A model generated the notes under the pieces. The model made no database searches. It was not told where the DNA came from and saw nothing but the letters and a program-made list of their open reading frames with translations. A stretch of 64,000 nucleotides of DNA from the NCBI GenBank assembly GCA_003344405.1, contig NOWV01000195.1, positions 1 through 64,000 of the forward strand, given 5' to 3'. This DNA is from Trichoplax sp. H2 (Eukaryota). The position numbers and the translations under genes were made by a program. Below, in pieces: positions 43,101-56,236 of this stretch. Within the stretch, counting starts at the first letter, position 1. Every line of letters starts with the position of its first letter.

Positions 43101-44702
43101 AAAGATCGAATACTGAGTGGTACCTCAATACTAGATATTACTTTACCGTAATTACATAATTTAGAAAAGGGATTTGAATTCTAAGTAGTAGACAGATTAT
43201 TTATGACCATCATAAATAATAAATTTTTAGTCGCCACATTATCAGAATTCATTGTTCTGTTAATGTGTGAAGTCTACATGTTTCATATTTACTGCAACGC
43301 AATAAAAATTTTATGAATGCGGTAGTTGAAAGCAAATATTGATTACTTTCCATTCCGGATGACTCAATTCCTTATGTTGATAATGCCAACTTAAATATTT
43401 TCCTTGCATTTAATTCCTCGGAATTTAGCTATGAAAAGAATTCTGTATAGGCATATGAGACCACTAAAATTTATTAAATATTAAACATTAGGTTTTGTAG
43501 ATCAAGTCAAGATAATCGCTTAATTAATTTAAACTATGGTACGGCATCCTGCATATTTGAATTGTTGCCTAAATAATCCACATTCTATCCAAAATTATCC
43601 TTTAAAGATAGCAGTAACTACTAGTTTTAAGCTAAGCATTCAACCCATTTTTTTACTTTGGATTGCTAATATGTTGATCAATATAATAGATGCCATAGCC
43701 CCTTATGCACTATATTTAGATATTATTTTACATTTCTTTTAATATCTGGCTACATCTACCGTCTTCAATAAGGTTTACCGTTAAGAAATTTATTCTTTTA
43801 TTTATTATTAGAGCTTAACGTTTACAGAATAATGTTGCTAAACATTAGTAAGTTTTAATTAATAAGTTACATATTTGTTATAGCAACGAATATTTTCAGA
43901 TAAGTATTAATTTAAAGTTAGTACTTATAATGTTTAATAATTGTTGCGCATATGCAATTTTATATTGTTTTCATGCTTGCAGATACAGCATAAGGTGCAA
44001 TTAATCTATTAATCTATTGACTGCTCAGCAATAGGCTTAGAAAAAAAAGGCACTTAATAAAGTATAAATTAGTTTACTGTTCAGCTTAAGCTGGCATTGT
44101 TATAATGACTTTATCTTTGTATACTCCTAGTGCTAAAGCGCAAAATAATTATGCATATGAAATTACTATTTACTTGAGAATTTACGACTTATTAGATAAT
44201 ATCAAAAAATTTTGTGATATGCGAACACCTACTCAATACCATCCATTTCCTATGCATTTAATAATGATATCATATGAGTTCTAATTATTCTAATTGTATT
44301 ACAATAAATTAAGGAAAATTTAATTTGAAGATGAAATAGTGCCAATTATTCGTGAATTTAGGATATATAAATCTTTATCAGTACTTTGCTAGATCTATTA
44401 TAAATGATTTAATTCTTTAGTTAAATAAATATAAATAAACAAAATTTGATACCGAATATTCATCTTAATTACTAATGTAATTCTTTCTTTTCATAAATTA
44501 CTGTATCGAATCGATCTCAATATTCTCAAAATATATTCTGCATTCAAATTGAATAACTGATCAGCGATATATTCTTGGTTATTATAGTTTTACTCTTAAA
44601 GATAAATCAAAAATCGAATTTACTCGGGTATTAATATAATTAAATGAACTTCGAGATTACGAGAATTATTAATATTAATCATATTTATGATTATTGGAAC
44701 TG

Positions 44703-45800
44703 CTATAAATGAAAGGAATTCGATGGTTCTGATGTCAACCATGGACCAATTACATTTTTATTGCGAGGATGGCAGAATTTAAAACACATTATATTTCTTC
44801 GATAATATTCCCATTGCTTAATCACTAGGTTGCGTAACCGAGAGTTAGAAGAGATATAAATAATTGGATTAACAGCACAATTTGTATATGGTAGCCATAC
44901 GAAAATGATACCTAAAACATCCACTTTGTTAGCAAGTTGATTAGGAGGATTAATGGTATATATGAGAACTTGTATAACTGCGGGTAACCAACATAAGATA
45001 TTAGTACCAACAATTAAAGCCGTTGTACGTACTGTTCTAAGCAAACTTGCTTCTTTGTTTCCTTTAATATCTATCGATTTTTGTTGACTTTTTACCCATT
45101 TCTTATATGCAACGCGAAAAATAAAGAGATAAGCAATAGCTACCACAGCTACGCTATTTAAAATTGATGCGGCTGAAATTACATTAAATAGGTAATTATC
45201 TTGATAATCGTGTAAGTCAATACCACAGTAATAAGTACTATTTGTATACCTATATCGTCCTAAACCATAACGTTGTAATGATAATAAGGGTAGCATAGCT
45301 ACAATTGATGGAAATAGCCATGACGTACTAATCATAAAAGCTGTCCTAGACGGTGTTGTTATACGCTCATATCGGAAAGGCCAAAGTACTGCTACAAATC
45401 GATCCATCGTGATAGTAATGCTGGTATTTAATGAAGCTCCAAATATGATATAATTAATGTATGCTGATATTTGACAAAATGTATCATTAAATAGCATTTT
45501 ACCTTGAATAGCCGAATAGGCCATAGGTGGTAAAACAATTATTGCTGTTAATATGTCTGCAACGGCCAAATTTGCAATCAAAAACGACGATGTTTTGTGC
45601 AAGCTACGGCATCTATAAATGGCATAAAAGATATAGAGATTGCCAGCCATTGCAGTAGTCATGATAATAGCGATAAAAGTTACTAAAATAGGTAATAAAA
45701 TAGCTAAGTCAGTGTCATCGGAGTTATTGAAGGAGTAGTCGTGGGAAATTTTATCATACGATGAATTAATATCCATAGTTGGTCGACTTAGGTTATTCAT
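44703..45800 (-). CDS. Class A GPCR with a single coding exon (365 aa from ATG 45800)
   Basis: Canonical motifs GN (TM1), NLAVAD (TM2), FCQ, DRF, CWLP and NPIIY, with an N-glycosylation-rich N-terminus. The ORF track starts at GTG 45812; the first in-frame ATG is 45800. Confidence 0.95.
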   Translation of the reverse strand: MNNLSRPTMDINSSYDKISHDYSFNNSDDTDLAILLPILVTFIAIIMTTAMAGNLYIFYAIYRCRSLHKTSSFLIANLAVADILTAIIVLPPMAYSAIQGKMLFNDTFCQISAYINYIIFGASLNTSITITMDRFVAVLWPFRYERITTPSRTAFMISTSWLFPSIVAMLPLLSLQRYGLGRYRYTNSTYYCGIDLHDYQDNYLFNVISAASILNSVAVVAIAYLFIFRVAYKKWVKSQQKSIDIKGNKEASLLRTVRTTALIVGTNILCWLPAVIQVLIYTINPPNQLANKVDVLGIIFVWLPYTNCAVNPIIYISSNSRLRNLVIKQWEYYRRNIMCFKFCHPRNKNVIGPWLTSEPSNSFHL

Positions 45801-48564
45801 GCTGGTATTCACGTTGGATTCGATGTCTTAATATTTCTTTTCTATCATGCTTTAGTCAAATTCTTGGATTAAAATATGTTAAAATCTAAATGATATGAGT
45901 TATAATAAATACTCAGAGAGAACAGCGGATTGAAAATCGTTCGCTTAGTGGTTTTGGCTTTTCTCCTTTAGCCTATTGATTGGATGTATAAATTAGTTAG
46001 TCTAAAATGGAAAATCAAATTGATCAGGAGGATAAATTATTTTAAATGTTGCTTCGTCACTGATACAGAGATTCTATTACATTATGTCTGCGGAGGGTTG
46101 TATTCATAGATATTATAATCTGTCACCCGGTAAAAGAAATAAAATCATGAATGGGTACACAATAATACCTTTACTTTCACAAAGGTACAATATATTGAGG
46201 GCTTATTTTCCATTAGAATAATTGATCGACTAAAAATGACGTGAGCGTTTTAGTTATTCCTATTGTAACAGCGGAAATCGCTTCTATTATGAATAAAATG
46301 ATCTTACCTATAGAAAAGAAACAATAAATACCTAGTTAGTGGCAAAAAGAGGGAAAATAACTATTATCGTATAGTAGTAATGCAGTTTAATGCATCATAA
46401 TAGCAAGGACATATGAAGATAATAGTAGAAAGTATTGAAGTCTAATAGGACAAATTGTAAAGTCTAAAGATATTTGAATAGAATCCTGCATTCGCTACAT
46501 GACGTATACAGCGCAAGCCTATGATCAACAGTCTATTTCTTGAAATTAATTGCAAAACAATGACTTTATTTAGACTAGTCCAAGAATATCCAGGATGTAA
46601 AGATGAATAAAAGCGATGTTATACCCGTAATCCATAAAATAATATTGTTATGCGCAGTCGCATGTTAAATTTTTATAGATATTTATAAAATTAATAAAAG
46701 GAACGAAAATTAGAGTAGGCTAGCTGTTTCGTTACTATCTCATCATTCTGTATGATCAAACTGTATATTTCGATTATCCAAAGTTAGTTAACTTCTGTAC
46801 TATGAGCACTCATGATCTTACGATATTTATCATAAAAGGAAACTAACATTAATCAGTATGTAAGAATTTGCTATAAGTGTTTATAATCGCCGTAATCAAA
46901 GAATAGTTTAGTCACAACACTGCTGCGGTCTTAATCTTTAAGTTAAGTAAACCAGTCTTCTGTAAGTAATATGCGATAAAAATATAATTAATGAATGATA
47001 ATTATAAATATATATATTGTATATATAACATATATATTATTCAATGTCTAAGCAAAATTTCCAGCAGTTTATTTCGCATTTTCATAATCCATGAAATTTT
47101 AATTTACTGTTTCTAATAATACTCATTAAAATTGATTGTTTAAAACGATCAGGATGTCAAACTGAAAAAAGTTGCTCCAATCTATAAAATTAAATAAATT
47201 TTGAACGCATAACAGTTGAAAGTTAAAGGTCGTTGATATCTACCTGTAATGAAAATAAGATATTGTGTTATTCTTTTAGCTTCATAGCTGGGCGTAAATC
47301 ATTCCAATAGAACATTAAAAAGCATAAATGAATATCGAACGGAATTTGAATAGCAATTTAATCAAATTATCATTTTACAAAGATATTTTAAATTTAAAAT
47401 CTAATAACTCATATTGAATGCCATTCTTCACTTTTTAATAGTGTTATTTGCATCGAAAATTGAAAGGAAAATATAAAAAAGTGAAAAATTCAATTCTTAA
47501 GCAATCAATGCATGAATTCTGCTCATTAGCCATACGAATGGATGTATTGTAGTGCACAGCATATTGAGAATTTATCAAGTACTTTAAAACCCGTAATATA
47601 ATGAAGGATAGTTCAATATGGATTTATTATCACTGCATTCATTGTAAATTTCTGATTCAGATTTCTAGTATATACTCGCGAATTTATAAATGATGATGCT
47701 GAAAGTTATTAAAGATACGTTCCATCACTACAACAAGAAAACATCCAATGTACCAATGCAATGTTGATTATTAATTAATCTTGTAAGACAGAATAGCATA
47801 ACTGTGAAGTGATATAAATAGCAGATTTTCTTTTAATTTAACCTTTATTCCAGAATTAATTTGGAAGCTATTTAGTTCTAAGTAATACATTTGCCTGTAA
47901 AATATAGAAATGATAAAATTTCAGGCTATTATTATGATTTCACTTATTATTGCAATATTTAATTTATTCTTTCAAAAGCATCTTTTTGGTTGAAAATCTC
48001 CAGCCTGTAGAATGGATCTTAAGACTAACATTATATATATTGTAGTAAAATTAATTCGTACTTTCAAGGACTCAGGCAATAAATAGATTCAATAAGTCGT
48101 ATTTTCATATACCTTATACTTTAGCTTGGTCTAAATAATAAATATAGCTTCTACAAAAGAATCTGCACTTTTTATTTGAAGTTAGTAAATTAGTAATCTG
48201 TAAGATACCATAATTCTGATTTATATTAACCTTTGCTTTTATCATTGTGGTCGTTAAATGAAGAGTTATTTACACTTTTCATTCAGACACTAAATGATTG
48301 ATTTACTTGAATTATTAGATCTCAATCTCAAGTGTCAATAGCGCCTCCAACCAATAAACTTAATCCAAAATTTTAGAGTAACTGTCAATATAAAAATCAA
48401 ATTTATTCCAGTAATTATAAGAATACATGTCTATTTCGTAAAGAGCTATACCTCATTGCTTAAATTAAATCTCGTTAAACAACGTACTATTTAATTGCAA
48501 ATGCCGCGACATCTTTAGCAGCTATAGAAGTACAGTATTAGCATAATTACAGCTACTCCAGTGT

Positions 48565-48997
48565 TGTCACAAACCAGCTTCGTGACAAGGATAACGTAAA
48601 AAAAATCTCTAAGTTACTATAGTCTTCCGGAATTCAGTATCCCTTAACTACCTCACAAGAATTTAGACGCCTTTGATTCTACGTTAAAAGCAACTATACA
48701 ATTGAGAACTGCTTTATTCAACTATCTGACGGGCTTATATACCCTTCTACAGCAGCTAACATTCACAAGTCATCTTATAAAAATACTTAGGTGAGAACAT
48801 CTACTAACAAGTTTTCACAGTCGGACTAAAATATGTCCATTCACAGAATTATTTCAGAGCACATTGCAGTACATCACTGTAACACATTTATAATTAGAGT
48901 AATTCCTATTGTAAGTAACTAATTGTAATATATTATCACTATAATATATTAACCAAATTTAGATAGCTATTTCTTCACGGTAGTTCGTACCGTGACA
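48565..48997 (-). mobile_element. Solo-LTR-like element, family B (433 bp)
   Basis: On + it reads TGTCACA...GTACCGTGACA with a perfect TSD AGTGT. On the minus strand TATATAA (~48741) is followed by AATAAA (~48718). Confidence 0.8.
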
Positions 48998-49354
48998 AGT
49001 GTATACAGTAGTAAACGCCTTTTACTCTACGCATAGGCGATAAAAGAGTAAGTATTTGGTGAATAATGTTTTTATAACAAATAATACAATAAAGACAGAC
49101 AAGCATTACATTAAATCGCCAGTGCTTAATGCGTGCCTAGTGAGATAATATAATGATAAGCGTTATGTACTTCCATCAATAGGTATTAAAACTTAAATAA
49201 AAAGAACTATGACGATGCCATTATTAAATTATATCTTGATATTATTTCTCTTCTTAAACGTTGATACGCTTGACTATACGCAAAAAATATAGGTAAATTA
49301 ATGGTAGTTGGATAATTGAATAACAGTAATACAAAGTTATGGGAAGAAAAGACG

Positions 49355-50301
49355 AATTAAAACCAGGATAGACTAGCAAAATATAGTTCTAAATTTACGC
49401 GAAATCTTTTTAATTGGCACTATTACTCCACAAATTTTGACACCCATGGTGGTATAAATTAACTTTTATTGCGATCATCTTACTTAAAATAACAGAAAAG
49501 TAGTAAAGCTACATAAATTGAATTTAAATACACGGACTGTACAGTACAGTACTTTTGTACAGCATACAGTACACGGATAACGGTAAAAAGTTACTGAACC
49601 TCTGACAGGTCTATCAAATGGTAATACTATCTGTTAAATGAGCACATTATCGTAAACCGTCAGCAAAGCGACGGGAGTTTGCACTAGTACTCCTAATTCA
49701 TAACGATCAATGACTGTAGGTATAAAATTAAATTTTAACTTGAAAAATTATAAACTGCTCGTAATTACCAAGCAGTCTCATAAGACACTAGCTTAGATAC
49801 GCATCAGCTATGAGATTTCAATATAAGATTAACTGATTACGTAAATTTNNNNNNNNNNNNNNNNNNNNAATTAAAACCAGGATAGACTAGCAAAATATAG
49901 TTCTAAATTTACGCGAAATCTTTTTAATTGGCACTATTACTCTACAAATTTTGACACCCATGGTGGTATAAATTAACTTTTATTGCGATCATCTTACTTA
50001 AAATAACAGAAAAGTAGTAAAGCTACTTAAATTGAATTTAAATACACGGACGGTTGGTTAATTTTTTGCCAATAAAATGCTAAGAATCGAAGCCATCATA
50101 ATTCTTGAAACAATTCATACTAAAAGGAATCTACAGTACATACTCCTAATTCATAACGATCAATGACTGTAGGTATAAAATTAAATTTTAACTTGAAAAA
50201 TTATAAACTGCTCGTAATTACGAAGCAGTCTCATAAGACACTAGCTTAGATACGCATCAGCTATGAGATTTCAATATAAGATTAACTGATTACGTAAATT
50301 T
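49355..50301. repeat. Direct duplication (49355-49848 vs 49869-50301) around a 20-N gap; probably two alleles
   Basis: The flanks are near-identical. The copies differ by one swapped block (49538-49687 vs 50052-50140). Confidence 0.85.
49538..49687 (+). mobile_element. Non-autonomous Helitron-like 3' end carrying ACAGT repeats
   Basis: Ends CCGTCagcaaagcGACGG-gagtttgca-CTAG|T, i.e. a subterminal hairpin plus CTAG before a T. It is absent from the duplicate allele, and a second copy lies at 61001-61170. Confidence 0.65.
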
Positions 50302-50704
50302 ATGCAAGTAAAATACAATTTTTACATTTCATCAAATGTTTAAACTATAATATGATTAGACTACATTTCAGTAGTTTAACTTTGATACTACTAGATATGT
50401 ATGATATTCAAATTTATAGCTCAAATTATATAATGGAGTCATTAGTTCACTAGAGCATTGTTGTATTGACCTAAAAATGAAAAATGAAGATCGATATCTA
50501 TTATCTTTATTACTTCACTTTCATAGAACTATTCTCTTCTTAGTTTGTTGATTTATTAGTAGCACGATTTCAAATAATAAAGCAAATAAAATTATGGATT
50601 CATTTACTGAACAGAATCATAGGCATAAAGAATTTTTTGCTCGTATGAGTGTTATTTTATCTTAAGAATTAAATGCTATATCTACAGTATGCTGCATTGA
50701 TTAC

Positions 50705-51267
50705 TGTAACGAAACTTAGTATTGTGATCGTAGACTTTTAGCCATGTTAGTAAGATGTACGGAAGCACGACTTTCTATATTTATCTTAAGACGTATTTGG
50801 TAGCTCGCTACTATGGACTGCAGTGGTAGATTCTATGCTATAGTATAGAAGACTATATATAGCAAGATGTTGAGTTACTATTAAGGCTAGAGGTAAGAAT
50901 AGAACTGTAATCTATATATTAGGATATGCTTAGTTTACCGTACTTTGACTGCCAAGAATAATATCTACGAAAATATTGTACTTGTTCCCATATCGGATTA
51001 ATGATGGTCCGCTGTAAAATGTTGCCACTAATAATAATTTGACTATGCGTAAATTAAAGTAGAATAACGCTATGCTGATTGTGGCTGTGACTGGTATAAA
51101 ATGAATATACGCTGGCAACTTTAGACTATTCAGTTCGTTCGTTCTAGAAGTTCTTCAATAGTTGTATTTGGCTAGAGTAGAGCTGTGTGCAACTAGCCTT
51201 TGCATTAGATCTAATAAAGTTCTAATTTTCTACTACTTGGGAATTTTCGTGATTGGATTTTATCATA
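50705..51267 (+). mobile_element. Possible older, degenerate solo-LTR-like element (563 bp)
   Basis: Starts TGTAACG, flanked by ATTAC at 50700-50704 and 51268-51272. It has internal TATATA motifs and AATAAA near 51214, but the 3' terminus is degenerate (ATA rather than ACA). Confidence 0.35.
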
Positions 51268-52083
51268 ATTACATATAATTATTTAACGAAATTTGATATT
51301 GATAACACCTAAAATCGATAAATTCGCTATGGTTATGTACTTAAGAATTCTAAAAAATGTTTACAATTAGCTATCTAGTAAGCACCCATCTTCCTTTATT
51401 GCAGTCTTGTAGGGAGAATGAATAGATGAAGAAGAATACTTTAAGAATTGCTTTGATGTTAACAACAGTAATTATTGACATTTCCTTTTTGTAACTAATT
51501 TATTCAATTATCTGCTCCTACTGCAGAAATTCTTGATATTTCAAATGTAAAGGACAATAATATTGCAATAGGCAGCTATAAAATTGAAAAAAGTACACTA
51601 TTTAAATTTAAAAATAACTCTATAAGAGTGTCAACTATTATTAATTGCTCATCCTTCTACCGGAAAAAATTAATAACTGTATCTTACAGTTAGATTAGTA
51701 ATTATAAGAAATTATAGTATAGGTAAACATATTAGAGATTCATCATAGCGAATATAAAATGAAGTAACAGGAAACAGTAAAATAATGCAGTTATATCTTT
51801 GATAAATACTCGCATACAATGAAATATGATGATATTAACTGTATCATATCCAAAAAATATTATAAAGGTACCTTGATTAACAATAATATAGCGTTCCTGC
51901 TTCTTTCACCACAGAATTAATTTACAATATAGTCTTCGTGTAATTACTACAGTTAAATAAATTAAAAAGACGAAAAATAGTCTAAATTATAGATTTATGA
52001 TCACCATTAAAGGCCGATTTAAATACTTTCACCGTAATCGAATGTCAATAAATAAAGTTTCCCAGGCACGATGTTTACTAGTA

Positions 52084-52700
52084 TGTCACAATCACGTTTT
52101 TGTGGCATAGTATCTCTACTTATCGTGTAAAACTTAGCTAAGTACGGTACAATCCCGACACTGAACAAGTGCTACTGGAACTACGCTTCCTATTAGAATA
52201 CCAACTTCTCGGGTGTGGGACTACACTTCTTTGACCGTCACTAGGTTACTCGATTACACAAGTAGTTAAGCCTAGGCTTTTGAACAGATAACTATCACTA
52301 CAGCTTATTCTCTTCTATGCCTTTCTCCTCGTCCACATTACATCATAGTTAGCCTTTATATACTTTCTAAGATATTTACTATTTACATTAATCTCACGTA
52401 GGAGATTTCACAACCATAACCTATCCAGTAATAATCTTACAACACGACTACAAATCGTGTCAGCATAAACAACTCTCTAACACAAAGGTTGCACAGCATC
52501 AATATTTATATTTCCCTAGTCTATCCTCATATTCGAATACATACAAAATAACTAAGGACAGTTGATCATCAAAACACCTTACTAACAAACACCATAACAC
52601 ATCAATTTCTATCAATAACAAACACCATAACACTTCAATTTCTATCAATAACAAACACCATAACACTTCTAACTCATCACGGCAAAATGGTACCGTGACA
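52084..52700 (-). mobile_element. Solo-LTR-like element, family C (617 bp)
   Basis: On + it reads TGTCACA...GTACCGTGACA with a perfect TSD TAGTA. A minus-strand TATATAAA lies near 52360. Confidence 0.8.
52583..52669. repeat. 33-bp tandem repeat (about 2.6 units) inside the family C element
   Basis: Unit TAACAAACACCATAACAC(A/T)TCAATTTCTATCAA. It explains the repetitive spurious ORF 52499-52732. Confidence 0.9.
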
Positions 52701-53078
52701 TAGTAATTCATTATGTTTCTTTCATCTTTCATAATTCAAAATTAAAAGTACTGTATATTTGCGATTTAGAATAGAGGTGACCTTGTCCTAAAATAATGCT
52801 ATTTACAGGAAGTAAGGCCAAGATAATAGCTAGGCATTTTATTACTCATTTTCGATTTTGTCTACTCTTCTTAGTTCTCAATTTTATCCTGTTATTTCGC
52901 ACGAATAGTTTACATGCCTATTTAAAATAAAATATGAAATCACTCATTAGTGCTATATATATTAAGATCAAATGAACGAGAGTATTATATCGTTTATACG
53001 TTTCTTTTCGAATTTCTTTCAGGAATTAGATCTAGGCATCATTATCTGTGAACAACTAGCAATGCGCTTCTATAACTG

Positions 53079-53709
53079 TATTACAGTGTTATATACTGTA
53101 TTATAGTAGAAATATCAATGTTAGGATAATTGTATTAGACTATCCTTATTTAGTTAACTTCTAATTTGGATATACTGTGTTTTAATATAGCACTGACTTT
53201 TTATGACAGTGACACTTATACACATACTGAAATTAATAGTTATAATAGGGAATGTAAATCATCTACTTACAGTTCCAATCATTGTGATTGTAATTTACTT
53301 ATGCTAGATTGTAAATTATCATGGAAATGTTCCGTGATAGGACATATCGTAATCTGACTATTCTGTATTAGTCATTACATGTCTATGTTTGTAAATACTG
53401 TTGTCTGCATTAAGGGAGCAGTAGCTATAATTAATATCTAATTCAGTAAATGATTCCGAGGTTAATTGTATTAACTATGACTCATGAACTATTGAGGAAC
53501 AGTATATAAATGCAGTATATCGTGAAATAAAGAGAATTTCTCCAACTTAGTGTTTAACGTAAAATACGAGGCGTTTAAGTCTTTGTGTAGTCTGCTAGTA
53601 GAGCAAAAGTGTTCGTGATAGTGCAGATATCGTTCCTTGATACGTGGTTCAAGGAATTGACTTATTGATCGTATATTGCGTTATCTTGTTGCAAAGCTGT
53701 TTTGTGACA
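53079..53709 (+). mobile_element. Solo-LTR-like element, family A copy 4 (631 bp)
   Basis: Termini TATTACA (TG mutated to TA)...TGTGACA with a perfect TSD AACTG (53074-53078, 53710-53714). Confidence 0.87.
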
Positions 53710-56236
53710 AACTGGTTCAATATAGGTTTTATAATATTGAAAAATGATAATTTAGTAGGCTAGTCAAATAATTTTTTCCTTTATTATTTTGTATTACCTT
53801 AAAGATGGATTAAAATATCTTAAAGCAATAAATTATATGATGATAATGTGATCGGTGATCAGGACTAGATATGGGTGATGTAATTGCAGAGGTAGCTTCG
53901 GTATGTGTTAATTGTTTATACTAACTGTCATTATTTATCGTGGCTTTACAATAACTTTATAAAAGAATATTTTTCATTATGGAAGTTAAACATAGAATTT
54001 ACTCTATGTAGAACTGGAGACAATATGTTAGTGTTATAAAAGCTCTTTTAATAATGATAGTTTAATCAAAGACTGTAGTGTACGGGTTGTTATTCCTAGA
54101 TTCGTAATCTGTCAACTCAAAATTCTGAATTGTTAAAATCGAGCAAATCCCTAATGTGGCACAAAATAGTCAACATCGTATAATTGACTTATAACAACTA
54201 AGTTTATTAACGTCCGTGTATCGTCCGTCGTAGAAGAATTCTAATTTCTTCTCCTCATAATAACAGTCGAAAATAGCTAAGATAAACCGGATAATTGACT
54301 TAGCCTCCACGATAACAGTTCTATACAACTTATACAAATTATCATCAATTGCTCCTCTACACAGGAGGCATCAATCACATTAGTACATTACTTAATAACC
54401 TTAATTAGTATGGCTATCAGCTACGGCCTTATATAGCGCATACTAAATCTTTGTCGTTTCATCATACTAGCCTTATCAACACTTACTTTATTAAGACTTA
54501 CAGTTCTACACACCTACTATCAGTGTATTACCTACACAAAACTACTGCAATTAGCTAAAATCACTACAAAGACCTATCGAATGTAACTTTTAAAATATTT
54601 TTGTCTTTACTACTACTCAGACTTAATTTTTGTAAAGTGATTTCGAGCTGGTCTACATATCGAGCAGTTTGGATAAATTCATTCATTTAACACGTATTTT
54701 TGTAATGAATTTCGTTTACTGTCATATTCGCTGACGCTTTAACGCAAATTAATTTAATTGATATTCGCTGTTAATATAATCAATCGACTCGATTTGTTAC
54801 GACTCAACCGTTCTTACTGCAGCTTTCCTAATACTTTAAAAATATTTCAAATTGTACCAATGCTAATAAAACCGCTTAAAATGGTTGATTGATTCATGAT
54901 CCTTAGTAACCGATATTTATATATGGAATTTAATCCTGTCATTTGTTGTATATCTGAACGTGACCGTATGCGAAATCGGTCACGTCCATATCGACCGTTT
55001 CCCGAAAAATAGTTTAAGTTGCGCAATTTTTGCTCAAAAATACATTCTCTCCCAGGTAAAATCGAAACTGAGTTAGTTAATGGATACGTATTTACGCGTA
55101 TGTGTTTACTATGGTAGCAGTGGTGCCATTTTAGACAATATGTAAGCATAACCTTTGAAATAGTTATTTTCTTGTATTTAACTGTTACTCTCACAAAAAC
55201 TGAACTTTGTAATACAAAGGATCGTTTTTTACAGTATATTTGCCTCATTCAATCAATTCGTAGAGACAGTAATTTCAAGTTAGTCATCTCTATCCGTCTA
55301 CATTAATTTATAACCTAATTCTATAGCTATTCTGAAGCATATCAATGAAATAAAGTGATATTAATTTGTCATAAAGTAGAACCATTGAATAGGCATGCCA
55401 TAAGTATTTAATTTACAAATCGCTGTAAAGATTATGTTAAGTACAATTGATGATATTCATGCAGCTGAAACTTGAGCAAAATTCTTCTTTAGATCTAACT
55501 ATATAAAGATATTCAAACATAGCTATACTTGCTTGCTACGTCATGAATTATGCCTAAGTCTATTTAACTTTTATTTTCATAAATTTAAAGGTTTAAAGAA
55601 AAAATTCTATCGTGATAATATAAATTTTTTCATTACATATAAATCTGTCATCCCTTGTGTTCGAAAAGTGTTGGGCACCATTACCGAAATAATGTGATAT
55701 GTTATCATAGCGTCAAAAGATTTTATTAAAATGGACTAATAGCCATGTTTAATGATGACACGAACAATTAGATTTTAAAACTCATGATATGACCAAAATA
55801 ATCAATAAATTTTTACTCATTATGCAATACGAATGCTAACTTTTATTCAATGATTTGGCAATACAGTGAATGGAGCCGCATATCTAACAAATGGTTTCGT
55901 TGTAGTGGTAGTAAGTTAATTCGTATGGCTAAGGACAATAAATTATTAGCATAAGAGATTATTCTCTATTGCTTAAAAATGTGCCCGTTTTCATTTTAAA
56001 ATTTACTAATAACAATTTACTGAAGAAAACTAGGACTGTAAGATAGTTTGTTTATTCATGATATTAAGTAGAAGCCAAATATTATAAATTGCGCACCGAA
56101 TTATAATGTCTTGCTTGAGCTATTAAAAATGGTTCAATCTGAGGATTAATCAACTAAATTGCAGCGTCACAACACTTTAAATTCTAGTTAGCAATGACCA
56201 AATTAATGCTGAATAAATAAAGAGAACGGCACCATG

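Noticed and set aside
52583..52669. 33-bp repeats considered as a CRISPR-like array
   Set aside because: The units are contiguous with no spacers, there are no cas genes, and the context is eukaryotic.
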